Source: Candidatus Thermofontivivens primus (GTDB taxonomy: Bacteria; Sysuimicrobiota; Sysuimicrobiia; Sysuimicrobiales; Thermofontiviventaceae). From it: a stretch of 64,000 nucleotides of DNA. Both the position numbers and the translations under genes were made by a program. Positions 1 to 10,893 of this stretch are shown here, in pieces. Below the pieces are notes generated by a model, which searched no databases, was not told where the DNA came from, and saw only the letters and a list, made by a program, of their open reading frames with translations. Where the stretch lies: NCBI GenBank assembly GCA_031458695.1, contig JAVKJW010000005.1:1-64000 (forward strand), given 5' to 3'. Within the stretch, counting starts at the first letter, position 1, and every line of letters starts with the position of its first letter.

Positions 1-412
1 GCCCTCCCTTGGGTTGTTGACCCTCAACGCCCTCGTGGCCTCAGATGCAGTGATCATCCCGATCCAGACGCACTACTACGCCCTGCTCGGGATGCGCCAG
101 CTCTTGCGCACTTTAAGGATGGTCAAGGAAGAGATTGGCCACCACATTGAGATCCTTGGCGTCCTTCCCACGATGTACGACGCGCGCACGATGGTGAGCC
201 GGGAGATCCTGGAGGGCATCCGGGAGTACTTCGGGGAGAAGGTGTTTCGCACAGCGATCCACTTCAATATCAAGCTTGTGGAGTCTTCCATGGCTGGTGT
301 CCCCCTCTTCCTCCACAACCCGAGCTCCCGGGGTGCCCAGGACTACCTGCAGCTCGCCGACGAGGTGATCGCTCTTGCGCAAGGAACGAGCAGAACTCCG
401 GCGCGGCCTTAG
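1..412 (+). CDS. ParA/Soj family ATPase (5'-truncated by window edge)
   Basis: C-terminal ParA motifs: PPSLGLLTLNALVASDAVIIPIQ, GVLPTMYDART, IHFNIKLVES, GAQDYLQLADEV. The frame is open from the window start. Confidence 0.9.
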   Translation, partial: PSLGLLTLNALVASDAVIIPIQTHYYALLGMRQLLRTLRMVKEEIGHHIEILGVLPTMYDARTMVSREILEGIREYFGEKVFRTAIHFNIKLVESSMAGVPLFLHNPSSRGAQDYLQLADEVIALAQGTSRTPARP

Positions 413-836
413 AGCCCTCATTCAGCGCACCTCTGAAGAACTGAAGGAGCTGAGTGGACGAGGTGTGGAAGCGCCCGTGGAAGGGTTCCATCCGTTCGAG
501 GAGCCCGCGGGGATCAGGGAGCAGAGACGTCAGGGAAGGGAGGAGCTGAGGAGGGAAGGGCCGGAAAAGGCAGGGACGAGCGGGGCGGGCCTCCATCCTT
601 TGCCAGTGAAGGCCCCTGAGGGGCACGAAGGACAAGCCGAGAGGCTTCGGTTCATTCCCCAGACCCGACACGGGGTGTGCTGGGCATATTACGTGAACGC
701 ACAGTGCTGGGAGCTTCCAGATGCTTTCTGTAACCAGGCCCTCCACATCTGCATGTTGCGAAACTGCCCGGTGTACCGGCTGCACCGTGAGGAGATGGAG
801 CGCAGGTTCGCAGGGAAGTTTCGCTATCTTTGGTAA
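375..836 (+). CDS. Hypothetical protein with ParB-like N-terminal peptide and Cys-rich C-terminal domain
   Basis: TTG start with GAGGTG upstream, overlapping the parA 3' end. Contains LRRGLRALI and CW-x7-CWE-x5-C-x6-C-x4-CPVY. Confidence 0.7.
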   Translation: MRKERAELRRGLRALIQRTSEELKELSGRGVEAPVEGFHPFEEPAGIREQRRQGREELRREGPEKAGTSGAGLHPLPVKAPEGHEGQAERLRFIPQTRHGVCWAYYVNAQCWELPDAFCNQALHICMLRNCPVYRLHREEMERRFAGKFRYLW

Positions 837-862
837 ACCGCCCTGGTTGCTGAGCGAGGTTG

Positions 863-1534
863 TCAAAGGTTGCGCTGGGGTTCCTTGGGCGGGAAGAACC
901 GAAGCAGCTCCCGCAGGTCCTGGATCACCGCCCATGGAACGATCCCCCTGGAGCGCAGGTCCTCTTCGCGAGGCCGGAAGGCGATGAAACGCACGCCGGC
1001 CCGCTGGGCTGCGAGCCCGTCGATCCAGGCATCACCGATCATGTATGCAAGGGCAGGGGACCCCCGGAGGCGGTTGAGGATGAGGGTGATCCCTTCCGGA
1101 CTGGGCTTGGGGGAATGGACATCCTCACGGCTTACGACGACCTCAAACGTCCCTGCGAGCCCAAATGCGTGCAGGACCTCCTCTACGGCGGCTCTCCCAT
1201 TGTTCGTGAGCAGGGCAAGGCGATAACCCCAACCTTTAAGGGTGTTGAGGACCTCCGGGGCGTGCTCGACCAGCGTGGCCCCTTCAAGGCCGGCCCTCTC
1301 GTGGTGCATCACGACCTCCCACATCGCCTTTCCTACCTCTGGCCCGATATGCTCGCCCATGGCGACGAGCTCAGGGATCGCATGGCGGACAAGCATCTCT
1401 GTGGGGAAGGTGGATCCATACTTGTGGAGGATCTCGATGAGGGCAAGCCGGATGGCGCGGAAATCAATATGAGAATAGATCACGGTATTGTCGAGATCGA
1501 AGATCAGGACGATGCTGGATCTCTCTTCATCCAT
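863..1534 (-). CDS. HAD-superfamily hydrolase (phosphoglycolate phosphatase-like)
   Basis: Motif I IFDLDNTV, LALLTNN, PKPSPEG, YMIGDAWIDG. Confidence 0.9.
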   Translation of the reverse strand: MDEERSSIVLIFDLDNTVIYSHIDFRAIRLALIEILHKYGSTFPTEMLVRHAIPELVAMGEHIGPEVGKAMWEVVMHHERAGLEGATLVEHAPEVLNTLKGWGYRLALLTNNGRAAVEEVLHAFGLAGTFEVVVSREDVHSPKPSPEGITLILNRLRGSPALAYMIGDAWIDGLAAQRAGVRFIAFRPREEDLRSRGIVPWAVIQDLRELLRFFPPKEPQRNL

Positions 1535-1611
1535 ACGGCACCTCTGATTATCCCACGTTTTGCGGCGGGGAGGAAGAGGAGAGCAAAGGGGGACGGGGAA
1601 TCACTATCCAT

Positions 1612-2577
1612 ATGATGCGCAAGCGTATCGCGGTGGTCACAAGTGGCGGGGATGCCCCGGGTATGAACGCGGCGATCCGGGCAGTTGTCCGCATCGCCCT
1701 CTCTAAAGGGATGGAGGTCTACGGCATCCGCCGGGGGTATCTTGGCATGATCCGCGCCGATTTCATCCCCCTCGACTCGGCTTCTGTTGGAGGGATCATC
1801 GAGGAGGGGGGGACGATCCTCCGAACCGCCCGTAGTCCCGAGTTCATGACCCCTGAGGGGCAACGCGCTGCCATTGAGAACCTTCGCCGCATCGGGATTG
1901 AAGGGGTCGTGGTGATTGGAGGGGACGGTTCGATGCGCGGTGCCCTTGTCCTGGCACGCTCAGGTATCTCCGTCGTGGGGGTCCCGGCCACCATTGACAA
2001 CGACATCTTCGGGACCGATATGTCCATTGGCGCGGACACGGCTTTGAACACTGTGGTGGAGGCCATCGACCGGATCCGGGACACCGCCTCTGCCCACGAG
2101 CGCACCTTCGTCGTCGAGACGATGGGGCGGAATTGTGGATGGCTCGCCCTGGAGTCTGCCCTCGCCACAGGGGCGGATGTGGTGATCATCCCAGAGGTGC
2201 CGTTTCAATTAGAGGAGGTGTGCAGGATTGTCCAAAGGCGGCAGCGCGAGCGGAAGGCGCACACGATCATCGTTGTGGCCGAAGGAGCGGGGCGTGCTGT
2301 GAAAATCGGCGAAGAGATCCAGAAGTGCACGGGCGTGGAGACCCGGATCACAGTCCTGGGTCACCTCCAGCGTGGGGGAGCGCCGACCGCCTTCGACAGG
2401 ATCCTGGCCAGCCGCCTTGGTGCAGGTGCGGTGGAGGTTCTCACGCATGCCACGGAACCCTTGATGGTTGGGCTGCACTGCGGGGAGGTGGTCACTCACT
2501 CCCTCGAGGAAGTCGTCTCGAAGCAGCGGAGGGTCGATCTCCGGCTGTATCAGCTTGAGGGAATCTTCTCGATCTAA
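1612..2577 (+). CDS. pfkA: ATP-dependent 6-phosphofructokinase
   Basis: [47 protein letters not shown]. Confidence 0.97.
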   Translation: MMRKRIAVVTSGGDAPGMNAAIRAVVRIALSKGMEVYGIRRGYLGMIRADFIPLDSASVGGIIEEGGTILRTARSPEFMTPEGQRAAIENLRRIGIEGVVVIGGDGSMRGALVLARSGISVVGVPATIDNDIFGTDMSIGADTALNTVVEAIDRIRDTASAHERTFVVETMGRNCGWLALESALATGADVVIIPEVPFQLEEVCRIVQRRQRERKAHTIIVVAEGAGRAVKIGEEIQKCTGVETRITVLGHLQRGGAPTAFDRILASRLGAGAVEVLTHATEPLMVGLHCGEVVTHSLEEVVSKQRRVDLRLYQLEGIFSI

Positions 2578-2647
2578 GCAGGATGAGAGCGCAGGTTTGA
2601 GACTTCCCCCGCTGGTGTCTTGCTGGGGAACCGATGGGAGGTGCGAG

Positions 2648-4651
2648 ATGAGGACCGGAGGGAGGCGGGTGTGGTATCGAGTAGCTTACTTTGTCCTCCT
2701 GGTTCTGGTGGCGATTCCCTTTGCAAGCGGACAGCCAGTCTCCCCGCGTGCTTCCCACGTCATCTTTTTCGTGGCCGACGGGATGCGGCCAGATCTTGTG
2801 GAGCGCTATGCCCGGGGGGGCGCGATGCTGACGTTCGCGGAGATCCTGGGGGAAGGGGCCAGCGGGGAGAATGGCCTCCTTCCGGCGTTTCCTCCCAATA
2901 CAGGGGTCGGTTGGACAACCCTGGCCACAGGCGCTTGGCCCAGCGTACACGGGTCTACCAATAACACTTTCCACGTCATCGGCACGGACTTTACCAGGCG
3001 GACTTCAGCGTTTGACCCAGGGGTAATCCAGGCTGAGACGATTGCGGAGGCAGCAGAACGAGCGGGGAAGAGGGTTTTGGTCTTTGAGTGGCCCGCCGGG
3101 AGGTACTACAAGATCAAGGGTCCGGCAGTGGACTACCGGTCCTTTTTCTCTCGGAGAGGGGTCCTCGTGAACTACGATCTTCCCGGGCAACCGGAAGGGG
3201 CGAAGACCTTCGGGCTTGAGTATCAGCGGGTCGCCCTGGCACCTGCGTCGGGGTGGAGGAACGTTCCGCAAAGCTTCAGCCCTCCAAAAGAGGCTCTCCT
3301 GAATATCCCGACGACATTTGAGCGGGTCAATCCCACACGGAGTTATCACCTCTACATCTACGACAGCACGGATGATGGGGCAGTGAACTACGATCGTGTC
3401 CTGGTCGCACCGGAGAAGGATGGGAACTCCGCTGTGGTGATCCTGAAGAAGGGGAACCTCTATGAGGTCAAGGTTCGCCTTCTCGATGGGCGTACCGCGG
3501 GGTTCTACCTGAAAGCCATTGACCTCTCCCCTGATCTGACGCGTTTCCGGCTCTACTTCACCTCCATCTCCCGTGTGAATGCCAACAATCCCAATTTGGA
3601 GGAGCTTTTGGCCGAGCGGTTCCCCACTTCTACTGCTGCGGATTACGCACCCCTCGAGGCGGGGATCATCGATGAGGAGACCTACGTCCAGCAGGGGCTA
3701 CAGTGGGAGGTCGCTCACTGGCCCATGCTCCGGTACCTGATCACCACGACCAAACCTGACCTCATCCTAGTTGGATATCCCCTGACCGATGAGTTTTCCC
3801 ACCAGTTCCTGGCCCTAGTTACTCCGGGGACACCAGTGTACGATGACGCCGACCGTGATCGGCGTCCCGATGGAAGGGTCGCAGCGCGCGAGGGATATCT
3901 TCGCAGGGCATATAGCGGGGCTGATCGGACGCTAGCCCTGGTACGGAGCCTTATGCCTTCCGATACAGCGGTCTTTATCTCCTCTGATCACGGGTTCGCC
4001 CCGACCTGGAAGGCCATCAACGCGGGAACGGTCCTACGTGACTTAGGGCTCCAGGAGGAGGAGCAGGGGAGTAACTGCCTTCCTCGGAAGGCCAGCGATG
4101 CAGCGAAGGCTTGCTGGGCCGGCGGGACCGCCCAGATCTACCTGAACGTCAAAGGGAGGGACCCGCAAGGGGTGATCTCCCCGGGACAGTATGGTGCGGT
4201 GCGGAGCCGCGTGGCTTCTCGCTTCCGTTCTCTCGTCGATCCCGAGACGGGGCAACCGGTTATCGCCCAGGTCTTCCTGAGAGAGGAGACGAAGCAAATC
4301 GCCTTTGCCCCTGACGCAGTTGTTTCCTTCTTCCATCCGGAAAGAACAGGGGATGTTATCGTCGTTGCCAGGCCCCCCTACCAGTTCGATGCCGCTACAC
4401 CCGGGAGGAAGGTGGCGGACGCCCCCTTCTTCGGCCAGCACGGCTTCCTCCCAAATCTCGTGGATCTGCAGAGGAACATCAACCTGCGCTCTATCTTCCT
4501 GGCGAGCGGTCCAGGGATCATCCCCGGCAAGAAAGTCAAGAACGTGCGGATGATCGACCTGGCTCCTACCATTGCCACCATGCTGGGGATCCCCAAGCCG
4601 ACCCAGGCGCAGGGGAGAGTTCTTACAGAGCTTTTTACCAAGCGGCCATAA
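2648..4651 (+). CDS. Secreted alkaline phosphatase superfamily / nucleotide pyrophosphatase-phosphodiesterase
   Basis: N-terminal signal-like hydrophobic stretch; [51 protein letters not shown]. Start moved to the ATG after GGAGGT. Confidence 0.85.
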   Translation: MRTGGRRVWYRVAYFVLLVLVAIPFASGQPVSPRASHVIFFVADGMRPDLVERYARGGAMLTFAEILGEGASGENGLLPAFPPNTGVGWTTLATGAWPSVHGSTNNTFHVIGTDFTRRTSAFDPGVIQAETIAEAAERAGKRVLVFEWPAGRYYKIKGPAVDYRSFFSRRGVLVNYDLPGQPEGAKTFGLEYQRVALAPASGWRNVPQSFSPPKEALLNIPTTFERVNPTRSYHLYIYDSTDDGAVNYDRVLVAPEKDGNSAVVILKKGNLYEVKVRLLDGRTAGFYLKAIDLSPDLTRFRLYFTSISRVNANNPNLEELLAERFPTSTAADYAPLEAGIIDEETYVQQGLQWEVAHWPMLRYLITTTKPDLILVGYPLTDEFSHQFLALVTPGTPVYDDADRDRRPDGRVAAREGYLRRAYSGADRTLALVRSLMPSDTAVFISSDHGFAPTWKAINAGTVLRDLGLQEEEQGSNCLPRKASDAAKACWAGGTAQIYLNVKGRDPQGVISPGQYGAVRSRVASRFRSLVDPETGQPVIAQVFLREETKQIAFAPDAVVSFFHPERTGDVIVVARPPYQFDAATPGRKVADAPFFGQHGFLPNLVDLQRNINLRSIFLASGPGIIPGKKVKNVRMIDLAPTIATMLGIPKPTQAQGRVLTELFTKRP

Positions 4652-4689
4652 GACCCGTTCCTTCGGAACGCAGACGTTCTGGGGTTCCT

Positions 4690-5571
4690 CTATCCAAGGC
4701 GGAAGAGGCGGCGGGCGTTTCCCTCTAGGATGAGGCGGAGATCGTGTTCGCTCAGATCCAAGCGGTGGAGGATTTCCACCTGTTCTGCCAGGATGTGGTG
4801 ACGGTAGCCGCCGAAGAAAGTGGAGTCCGTCCCGAAGAGAATACGAGAAGGTCCAAAGGCCCTCAGGGCATCCCGGAAGATCTCCTCTAGGCTGGGGTTC
4901 CCCGGGTGGTAATCCCTCCAGTTGTTGGTCCCCGAGGTATCTACGTACACATTCTCGGTGTGATAGGCGAGGAAGAGGGTCTCCCGGAAGAAGCCTGCCC
5001 CGAAGTGCGCGATGATGAAGGTGATCTCAGGAAACTCCTTGACCGGAGCGGAAAGCGGGAGGGGGTTGGCATAGGTCAAGTCGTAGAAGGCGGCCACGGT
5101 GATCCCAAAGTGGAAGAGGATGGGAAGGCCTAGTTCTGCAGCTTTTTCATAAAGGGGGTACAGCGCCCGGTCGTTAGGGAGGAAACGCTGGATAGGAGGA
5201 TAGAGCTTGAGGCCGATGAATCCCATCTCAGGAAACTCTGCAAGGATGCGAGGGGCGTCTGGATGGCGGGGGTCTGAAAGGGAGCCCCAGCCCAAAAGAC
5301 GCCTTGGGTTAATTGCGATGAACCGGGCCAGCTCTTCGTTCGCTTCCCCCACTGCGATGAACGCACCAGCTTCCACCCCAGCTTGATCGAATGCGGTCAG
5401 CCACATCCGCGCATGGTCGTCCAGGGTTAAGTCCTCCAGCTGGCGGAATCGCTCACTTGCGCGGGAACGAACCTCCTTGAACGCGGCCTGGCGGACCCCG
5501 GGGAACCGATCCTCGATCCGGCGGTACATGGACGCGGTGATCAGGTGAAGATGGCTATCGATGATCCCCAT
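4690..5571 (-). CDS. Amidohydrolase family (amidohydrolase 2-like) metal-dependent hydrolase
   Basis: IDSHLH, GLKLYP, LPILFHFG, IIAHFG, VYVDTSG, RILFGTDS. Confidence 0.88.
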   Translation of the reverse strand: MGIIDSHLHLITASMYRRIEDRFPGVRQAAFKEVRSRASERFRQLEDLTLDDHARMWLTAFDQAGVEAGAFIAVGEANEELARFIAINPRRLLGWGSLSDPRHPDAPRILAEFPEMGFIGLKLYPPIQRFLPNDRALYPLYEKAAELGLPILFHFGITVAAFYDLTYANPLPLSAPVKEFPEITFIIAHFGAGFFRETLFLAYHTENVYVDTSGTNNWRDYHPGNPSLEEIFRDALRAFGPSRILFGTDSTFFGGYRHHILAEQVEILHRLDLSEHDLRLILEGNARRLFRLG

Positions 5572-5774
5572 GCTGATTTGGATACTCCGGCAAAAGTCTT
5601 TGCTCCTTAGTATAGCGTGAACAGGGAGATTGGAAAAGGGCGGGTTTCTTAAATCACCCTGTCATTCCAAGAGGGGACCGGTAAAAGTCCAGGGCGTCTA
5701 CGGGGATAGTGGTTGGGAAGGAAGATCCATCGGGGAGCGCCGAATTCAGGGAAGGGGGGGTTGAGGGGGGAGAA

Positions 5775-6272
5775 ATGCGGATGCGCATGGAGGTCAGAAG
5801 AACAGTTCCCAGGGTTTGGGTTGCTTGCTGGGTCTTCCTAGTTTTCTTCCCTATGCTTGTCAGCGCGGCCACACCCCCAGAAGACCTCGAAGCCCAGGCT
5901 ACAGCCATCGCCAGGGAGCTCATGTGCCCTGTCTGTGAAGGACAGACTGTTGCTGATTCCAATAGCACCCTGGCAGCGCAGATGCGCCAGATCATCCGGG
6001 AGCAGCTCCGGCAGGGGAAGACGCGCCAGGAGATCCTGGACTACTTTGTCTCCCAGTTCGGGGAGTCTGTGCTGGCTGCCCCTCCGAAGAGAGGTGTTGC
6101 GCTCGTGCTGTGGGTGGCCCCGTATGGGATCCTGGTCTTGGGCCTTGTGCTCGCGGGGTTCGTGATGTGGCGCTGGACCAGAAACCGCCCTGTTGCTCCC
6201 ACGACACACCCCATCCCGGTTGACCCAGAGCAGCTCCAGCGCCTGCGGGAAGAGCTGGAAAAGGAAGAGTGA
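5775..6272 (+). CDS. ccmH: Cytochrome c-type biogenesis protein CcmH/CycL
   Basis: Signal peptide, LMCPVCEGQTVADSNS, QFGESVLAAPP, C-terminal TM helix. Confidence 0.9.
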   Translation: MRMRMEVRRTVPRVWVACWVFLVFFPMLVSAATPPEDLEAQATAIARELMCPVCEGQTVADSNSTLAAQMRQIIREQLRQGKTRQEILDYFVSQFGESVLAAPPKRGVALVLWVAPYGILVLGLVLAGFVMWRWTRNRPVAPTTHPIPVDPEQLQRLREELEKEE

Positions 6273-6422
6273 GGGGTTCGCTCCCTGGGAGATCCTGGCG
6301 GTCTCCTTGGTCCGGTAGTACGACCCTTCGCCCCTTCCTGCCCAATCGCCAAAAGAGACCGTCACTGGAGTTGTCGAAGGACAGGCGCGCCAAGAAATTT
6401 CTTGCTCTGGAGCGTAGCAAAC

Positions 6423-6452
6423 TTGCCAGCGCGGGAACCGTTGTGCTATACT
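6423..6452 (+). promoter_or_regulatory. sigma70/sigmaA-type promoter of the rimP operon
   Basis: TTGCCA-18 nt-TATACT with extended -10 TG. Confidence 0.65.
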
Positions 6453-6495
6453 AACCGTAGTCCTCACAGGAAGAGAGCGTGAGGAAGCGGTGTGG

Positions 6496-6528
6496 AAGGA
6501 GTGGGTCGCAGCAAGCCCACTCTTTTTT
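6496..6528 (+). promoter_or_regulatory. rimP leader terminator/attenuator hairpin
   Basis: GAGTGGGT-loop-GCCCACTC followed by T6, just upstream of rimP. Matches the widely conserved rimP-leader form. Confidence 0.75.
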
Positions 6529-6544
6529 ATGGGAGAAGGGAACC

Positions 6545-7033
6545 ATGGAACGGGGACAGATCACCAAAGTCGTCGAGGAGATCCTCGAGCCCATTGCCTT
6601 GCGTATGGGGGTTGAGGTCGTGGATGTTGAGCTGACCGGAACTGGGGGGAAGACGATCCTGCGCATCCTGGTGGATCGTCCCGGAGGGATCACGGTGGAA
6701 GAGTGCGCCAAGGTAAGCGAAGCCCTGGGGCGCCAGCTGGATATCCTTGACCTGATCCCCCATGCGTATACTCTCGAGGTCTCCTCTCCAGGACTAGACC
6801 GGCCCCTCAAGAAGGACCGGGATTTTGTCCAGTTCGCTGGGCGCAAGGTGGAAGTTACCACCTTCGCGCCGGTCAAAGGGAGGCGGAAGTTCAAGGGGAT
6901 TTTGCAGGGGCTCGCCGAGGGTGCGGTGGTCCTGGACATCGAGGGAGAACGGTTTGCGATTCCCCGGAAGATCATTGCGCAGGCCAAGCTTGTGGTGGAG
7001 CTGGAAGACCTGTGGCCGGACCTCAAGGCCTGA
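6545..7033 (+). CDS. rimP: Ribosome maturation factor RimP
   Basis: LRILVDRPGGITVEEC, YTLEVSSPGLDRPL; lies upstream of nusA. Confidence 0.96.
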   Translation: MERGQITKVVEEILEPIALRMGVEVVDVELTGTGGKTILRILVDRPGGITVEECAKVSEALGRQLDILDLIPHAYTLEVSSPGLDRPLKKDRDFVQFAGRKVEVTTFAPVKGRRKFKGILQGLAEGAVVLDIEGERFAIPRKIIAQAKLVVELEDLWPDLKA

Positions 7034-7057
7034 GGGACGGAAGGAAGGTGAGGGATC

Positions 7058-8206
7058 GTGAATGTTGAGCTGATGCGGGCTCTGGAACAACTGGAAGAGG
7101 AGAAGGGGATCTCCCGCGAGGTCATCATCGAGGCCCTGGAGGCGGCACTCCTCTCTGCCTATAAAAAGAACTTCGGCCAGGGCGCGCAAAACGTGCGGAT
7201 CGAGGTGGACCGGGAGACAGGGGAGATCCGCGCCTACCAAATCCGGACCGTGACCGAGGAAGTGACAGACCCGAACACCCAGATTGCCCTTGAGGAGGCC
7301 CGGGTATGGGATCCCACTGCGAGGGTGGGAGATATCGTGGAGGTAGAGGTGACCCCTCAAGGGTTCGGCCGGATTGCCGCCCAGACCGCGAAACAGGTTG
7401 TTGTACAGCGTTTGCGAGAAGCAGAACGCGAGCTTGTCTACAAGGAGTTCCGGGACCGCGAGGGGGACATTGTGACGGGGATTGTCCAGCGCATCGAGAA
7501 GAAGAATGTGTACATCGACCTCGGTCGGATCGAAGCGGTGCTGCCTCCTTCGGAGCAGATCCCACGGGAGTCCTACCGTCAAGGGCAGCGCATCAAGGCA
7601 TACGTGGTCGAGGTCCGGTCGAGCTCCCGGGGGGCGCAGATCGTGGTCTCCCGCACCCACCCCGGCCTGCTGAAGCGCCTGTTCGAGTTGGAGGTCCCGG
7701 AGATCGTGGAAGGGATCGTGGAGATCAAGGCCATCGCCCGGGAGGCAGGTGGGCGTACGAAGATCGCTGTGGCTTCGAGGGATAGGAACGTGGACGCCGT
7801 GGGAGCCTGCGTCGGCCCCAAGGGATCGAGGGTCCAGGCGATCGTGGATGAGCTCCATGGGGAGAAGATCGACATCGTCCCCTGGAGCCCAGATCCTGCG
7901 GTATTTGTCGCCAACGCGCTGAGCCCGGCGAAGGTGACAAGCGTGGAGATCGATGAAGAGACGAAGACCGCCTACGTGATCGTGCCAGACAACCAACTCT
8001 CCCTCGCCATTGGACGCGAAGGTCAGAACGCGAGGCTTGCCGCTAAGCTCACTGGGTGGAGGATCGATATCAAGAGCGAGTCGCACATCAAAGAGATCGA
8101 GGCCAAGAAGATCTTTGCAGAGATCCCTGAAGAGGCGCCGTCTCTTGAGGATGCAGGGCAACGCAGGGAAGGGGAACAGGAGGTAGAGGCGGTCGGTGGA
8201 GCGTGA
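7058..8206 (+). CDS. nusA: Transcription termination/antitermination factor NusA
   Basis: FGRIAAQTAKQV, LFELEVPEI, AREAGGRTKIAV, LSLAIGREGQNARLAAKLTGWRIDI. Confidence 0.98.
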   Translation: MNVELMRALEQLEEEKGISREVIIEALEAALLSAYKKNFGQGAQNVRIEVDRETGEIRAYQIRTVTEEVTDPNTQIALEEARVWDPTARVGDIVEVEVTPQGFGRIAAQTAKQVVVQRLREAERELVYKEFRDREGDIVTGIVQRIEKKNVYIDLGRIEAVLPPSEQIPRESYRQGQRIKAYVVEVRSSSRGAQIVVSRTHPGLLKRLFELEVPEIVEGIVEIKAIAREAGGRTKIAVASRDRNVDAVGACVGPKGSRVQAIVDELHGEKIDIVPWSPDPAVFVANALSPAKVTSVEIDEETKTAYVIVPDNQLSLAIGREGQNARLAAKLTGWRIDIKSESHIKEIEAKKIFAEIPEEAPSLEDAGQRREGEQEVEAVGGA

Positions 8207-8230
8207 ACTGGAAAAGGTGGGGCACCGGGG

Positions 8231-8506
8231 ATGGCTCGGGTGAAGAAGATTCCGATCCGGATGTGTGTCGCCTGCAGGCAGATGCGCCCGAAGCGAGAGC
8301 TGGTGCGGGTGGTGAAAACCCCCGCCGGCGAGGTGAAAGTGGACCCAACCGGGAAGATCTCCGGACGGGGCGCCTATGTGTGTCCAGAGCCCTCCTGTGT
8401 GGAGAGGGGAGTCAAGGAAAACCGCCTTGGGGAGGCACTGGGCGTTGCCATCCCTGAGACGGTGATCGGAGAGCTCAGGCAGAGGGTAGGCCTTCCTATC
8501 GGGTAG
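8231..8506 (+). CDS. ylxR: YlxR/RnpM (DUF448) RNA-binding protein
   Basis: PIRMCVACR, KRELVRVV, SGRGAYVC; between nusA and infB. Confidence 0.93.
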   Translation: MARVKKIPIRMCVACRQMRPKRELVRVVKTPAGEVKVDPTGKISGRGAYVCPEPSCVERGVKENRLGEALGVAIPETVIGELRQRVGLPIG

Positions 8507-8529
8507 GAGGGCATGAGGAGGAACGCACA

Positions 8530-10887
8530 ATGAGGGTATACGAGCTTGCACGGGAGCTTGGTCTCGGAAGCAAGGAATTAATGGAGATCATGGCCTCCCT
8601 TGGCATTCCCATCAAGAGCCACAGTAGCTCCATCGATGACCTGACTGTGGAGCGCGTTCGTGCGCACCTCCTCAAGGCGAAGAAAGGTCCAGCAGCGAAG
8701 CCCACGGAGGAAGCGCCTCCTTTAGAAACTCCGCCTGCCCGCCCGAAGGTCCGGATTATCCGGCGAGCGGAGGAAAAACCAGTCGAGGCAGAAGAAGCCC
8801 CGGTGCAGGCCCCAGAAGCCACATCCCTAGAAGCCGCAACCAAGGAAGCTCCTGCTACTGTCGAGGCTCCTCCAGGGCCTGTTGCAGCGCCTGAGAAGAT
8901 CGAGGCCCCTCCCAAGCCCGTCGAGCCGCCTGGGGTCCAAGAGGCTCCTCCCCTAGAGGCGCCAAGGGTCAAGGAGCCCCCAAAGCCTCCTGTTGAACCA
9001 CCCCGGGTCAGGGAGGCTCCGCCGAAGCCTCCCGAAAGACCCAAAGTGAAGGAGGTCCCTCCGTCTCCGCCTGCGGAGAGACCAGTACCTGCCCCACAGA
9101 CGCCGGCCCCCAAAGAAGCACCGCCGGCACCTCCAAAGACGGTCAGTCTGGAAGGGCCCGTTCAGGTAGGGGAGCTCGCGCAAAGGTTAGGGCTCAGCCC
9201 AGGAGAGGTCGTGAAACGCCTCATTGAACAGGGCCTGCTCGTCGGGGTAAACCAGCAGGTGAGCCTGGAGGTGGCCCGGAAGGTCGCCGAATCCTTTGGG
9301 TTCGAGGTGCGTACCCCCCAAGAGCCGGCTGGGAGGAAGGTCGCCCCGACAGAGGTCCGCCGCCTGCAGGTAGGGAAGGAGGGAGGGCTACCCAGGCCCC
9401 CTGTGGTCACGGTCATGGGCCATGTGGACCATGGCAAGACAACCCTCCTGGATACCATCCGCCGCACGAACATTGCTGAGCGGGAATTTGGAGGCATCAC
9501 CCAGCACATCGGTGCCTCGGTGGTGGAGTGGCAGGGGCGATCGATTGTCTTCATCGATACCCCAGGGCACGAGGCTTTCACAGCCCTCAGGGCACGCGGT
9601 GCTCAGGTCACCGATATCGCTGTCTTGGTTGTGGCCGCGGACGATGGAGTGATGCCACAGACCGTAGAGGCGGTGAACCACGCCAAGGCGGCCGGGGTTC
9701 CCATTATCGTGGCCATCAACAAGATAGACCTCCTCCAGGCAAACATCGAAAGGACGAAGCAGCAGCTCAGCGAGATCGGGTTAATCCCCGAGGAATGGGG
9801 CGGAGATACCATTGTCGTCCCCGTCTCGGCAAAGACGGGTCAGGGCGTCCCGGACCTCCTGGAGATGATCCTCCTGGTAGCGGACCTCCAGGAGTTGAGA
9901 GCGAACCCTCACCTTCCCGCCAAGGGCACGATCATTGAGAGCAGGCTGGACAGGGGACGTGGGCCTGTGGCGACGGTTCTTGTGCAGGAGGGGACGCTCC
10001 GGGTCGGCGACGCGGTGGTGGCCGGGGAGGTCTATGGGAAGGTCCGAGCGATGATCAACGATCGGGGCCAGCGAGTGGAGGAGGCCGGGCCTTCCATGCC
10101 TGTAGAGGTCGTAGGGCTTTCCGATGTCCCTGTGGCTGGAGACCTGCTGGAGGTTGTGGCCAACGAGCGTATCGCCCGTGCGGTTGCCGAGGAACGCCGG
10201 GAACGCCGTAAGACCACCGAGGCAATGGGAGGTCGCCCAATCACCCTCGAGGAGCTCCTGACGCAGGCCACAGAAGGCCCGAGGGAGCTTCGCCTGATTC
10301 TCAAGGCAGATACCCACGGCTCAGTGGAGGCGCTCCAGCAGGCGATCCAGAGGCTCAGCACACCGCAAGTCCATCTCAACATCCTGCATGCAGCAGTGGG
10401 AAACATCACGGAGTCGGATATCATGCTGGCTGCGGCAGGGCGGGCCCTTGTCATTGGGTTCAACGTGCGCCCCGAGGCCCATGTTCGCATGCTTGGGGAA
10501 CAAGAGAACGTGGAGATCCGTCTCTACCGGATTATCTACGAGGTCCTCGAGGACTTGCAGAAGTTGATCCGCGGCCTCGTCACACCCAAGAAGGTTGAGG
10601 TGATCTTGGGGCGTGCGGAGGTGCGGGCGACGTTCAGCATCTCCAAAGTGGGAACCGTGGCGGGTTGTTACGTGACCCATGGGACCATGGCGCGCGGCGC
10701 AAACGTCCGCTTGATTCGGGATGGAGTGGTCGTCTATGATGGCCAAATCGCTTCCCTTCGTAGGTTCAAGGAAGATGTGAAGGAGGTCCCGGAAGGCTAC
10801 GAATGTGGGATCGGCCTCGAACGGTTCCAGGACATCAAGGTGGGGGACATCCTGGAAGCCTACGAGATCCGGGAGGTACGGGAGTAG
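8530..10887 (+). CDS. infB: Translation initiation factor IF-2
   Basis: [51 protein letters not shown]. Confidence 0.98.
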   Translation: MRVYELARELGLGSKELMEIMASLGIPIKSHSSSIDDLTVERVRAHLLKAKKGPAAKPTEEAPPLETPPARPKVRIIRRAEEKPVEAEEAPVQAPEATSLEAATKEAPATVEAPPGPVAAPEKIEAPPKPVEPPGVQEAPPLEAPRVKEPPKPPVEPPRVREAPPKPPERPKVKEVPPSPPAERPVPAPQTPAPKEAPPAPPKTVSLEGPVQVGELAQRLGLSPGEVVKRLIEQGLLVGVNQQVSLEVARKVAESFGFEVRTPQEPAGRKVAPTEVRRLQVGKEGGLPRPPVVTVMGHVDHGKTTLLDTIRRTNIAEREFGGITQHIGASVVEWQGRSIVFIDTPGHEAFTALRARGAQVTDIAVLVVAADDGVMPQTVEAVNHAKAAGVPIIVAINKIDLLQANIERTKQQLSEIGLIPEEWGGDTIVVPVSAKTGQGVPDLLEMILLVADLQELRANPHLPAKGTIIESRLDRGRGPVATVLVQEGTLRVGDAVVAGEVYGKVRAMINDRGQRVEEAGPSMPVEVVGLSDVPVAGDLLEVVANERIARAVAEERRERRKTTEAMGGRPITLEELLTQATEGPRELRLILKADTHGSVEALQQAIQRLSTPQVHLNILHAAVGNITESDIMLAAAGRALVIGFNVRPEAHVRMLGEQENVEIRLYRIIYEVLEDLQKLIRGLVTPKKVEVILGRAEVRATFSISKVGTVAGCYVTHGTMARGANVRLIRDGVVVYDGQIASLRRFKEDVKEVPEGYECGIGLERFQDIKVGDILEAYEIREVRE

Positions 10888-10893
10888 GTCCAC

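Noticed and set aside
6794..8551. Long antisense ORFs (585 aa here; also 10321-11454, 15149-16384, 24592-26130, 46196-47518 and others)
   Set aside because: They are shadows of well-identified genes on the opposite strand, expected in GC-rich DNA, and have no recognisable motifs.
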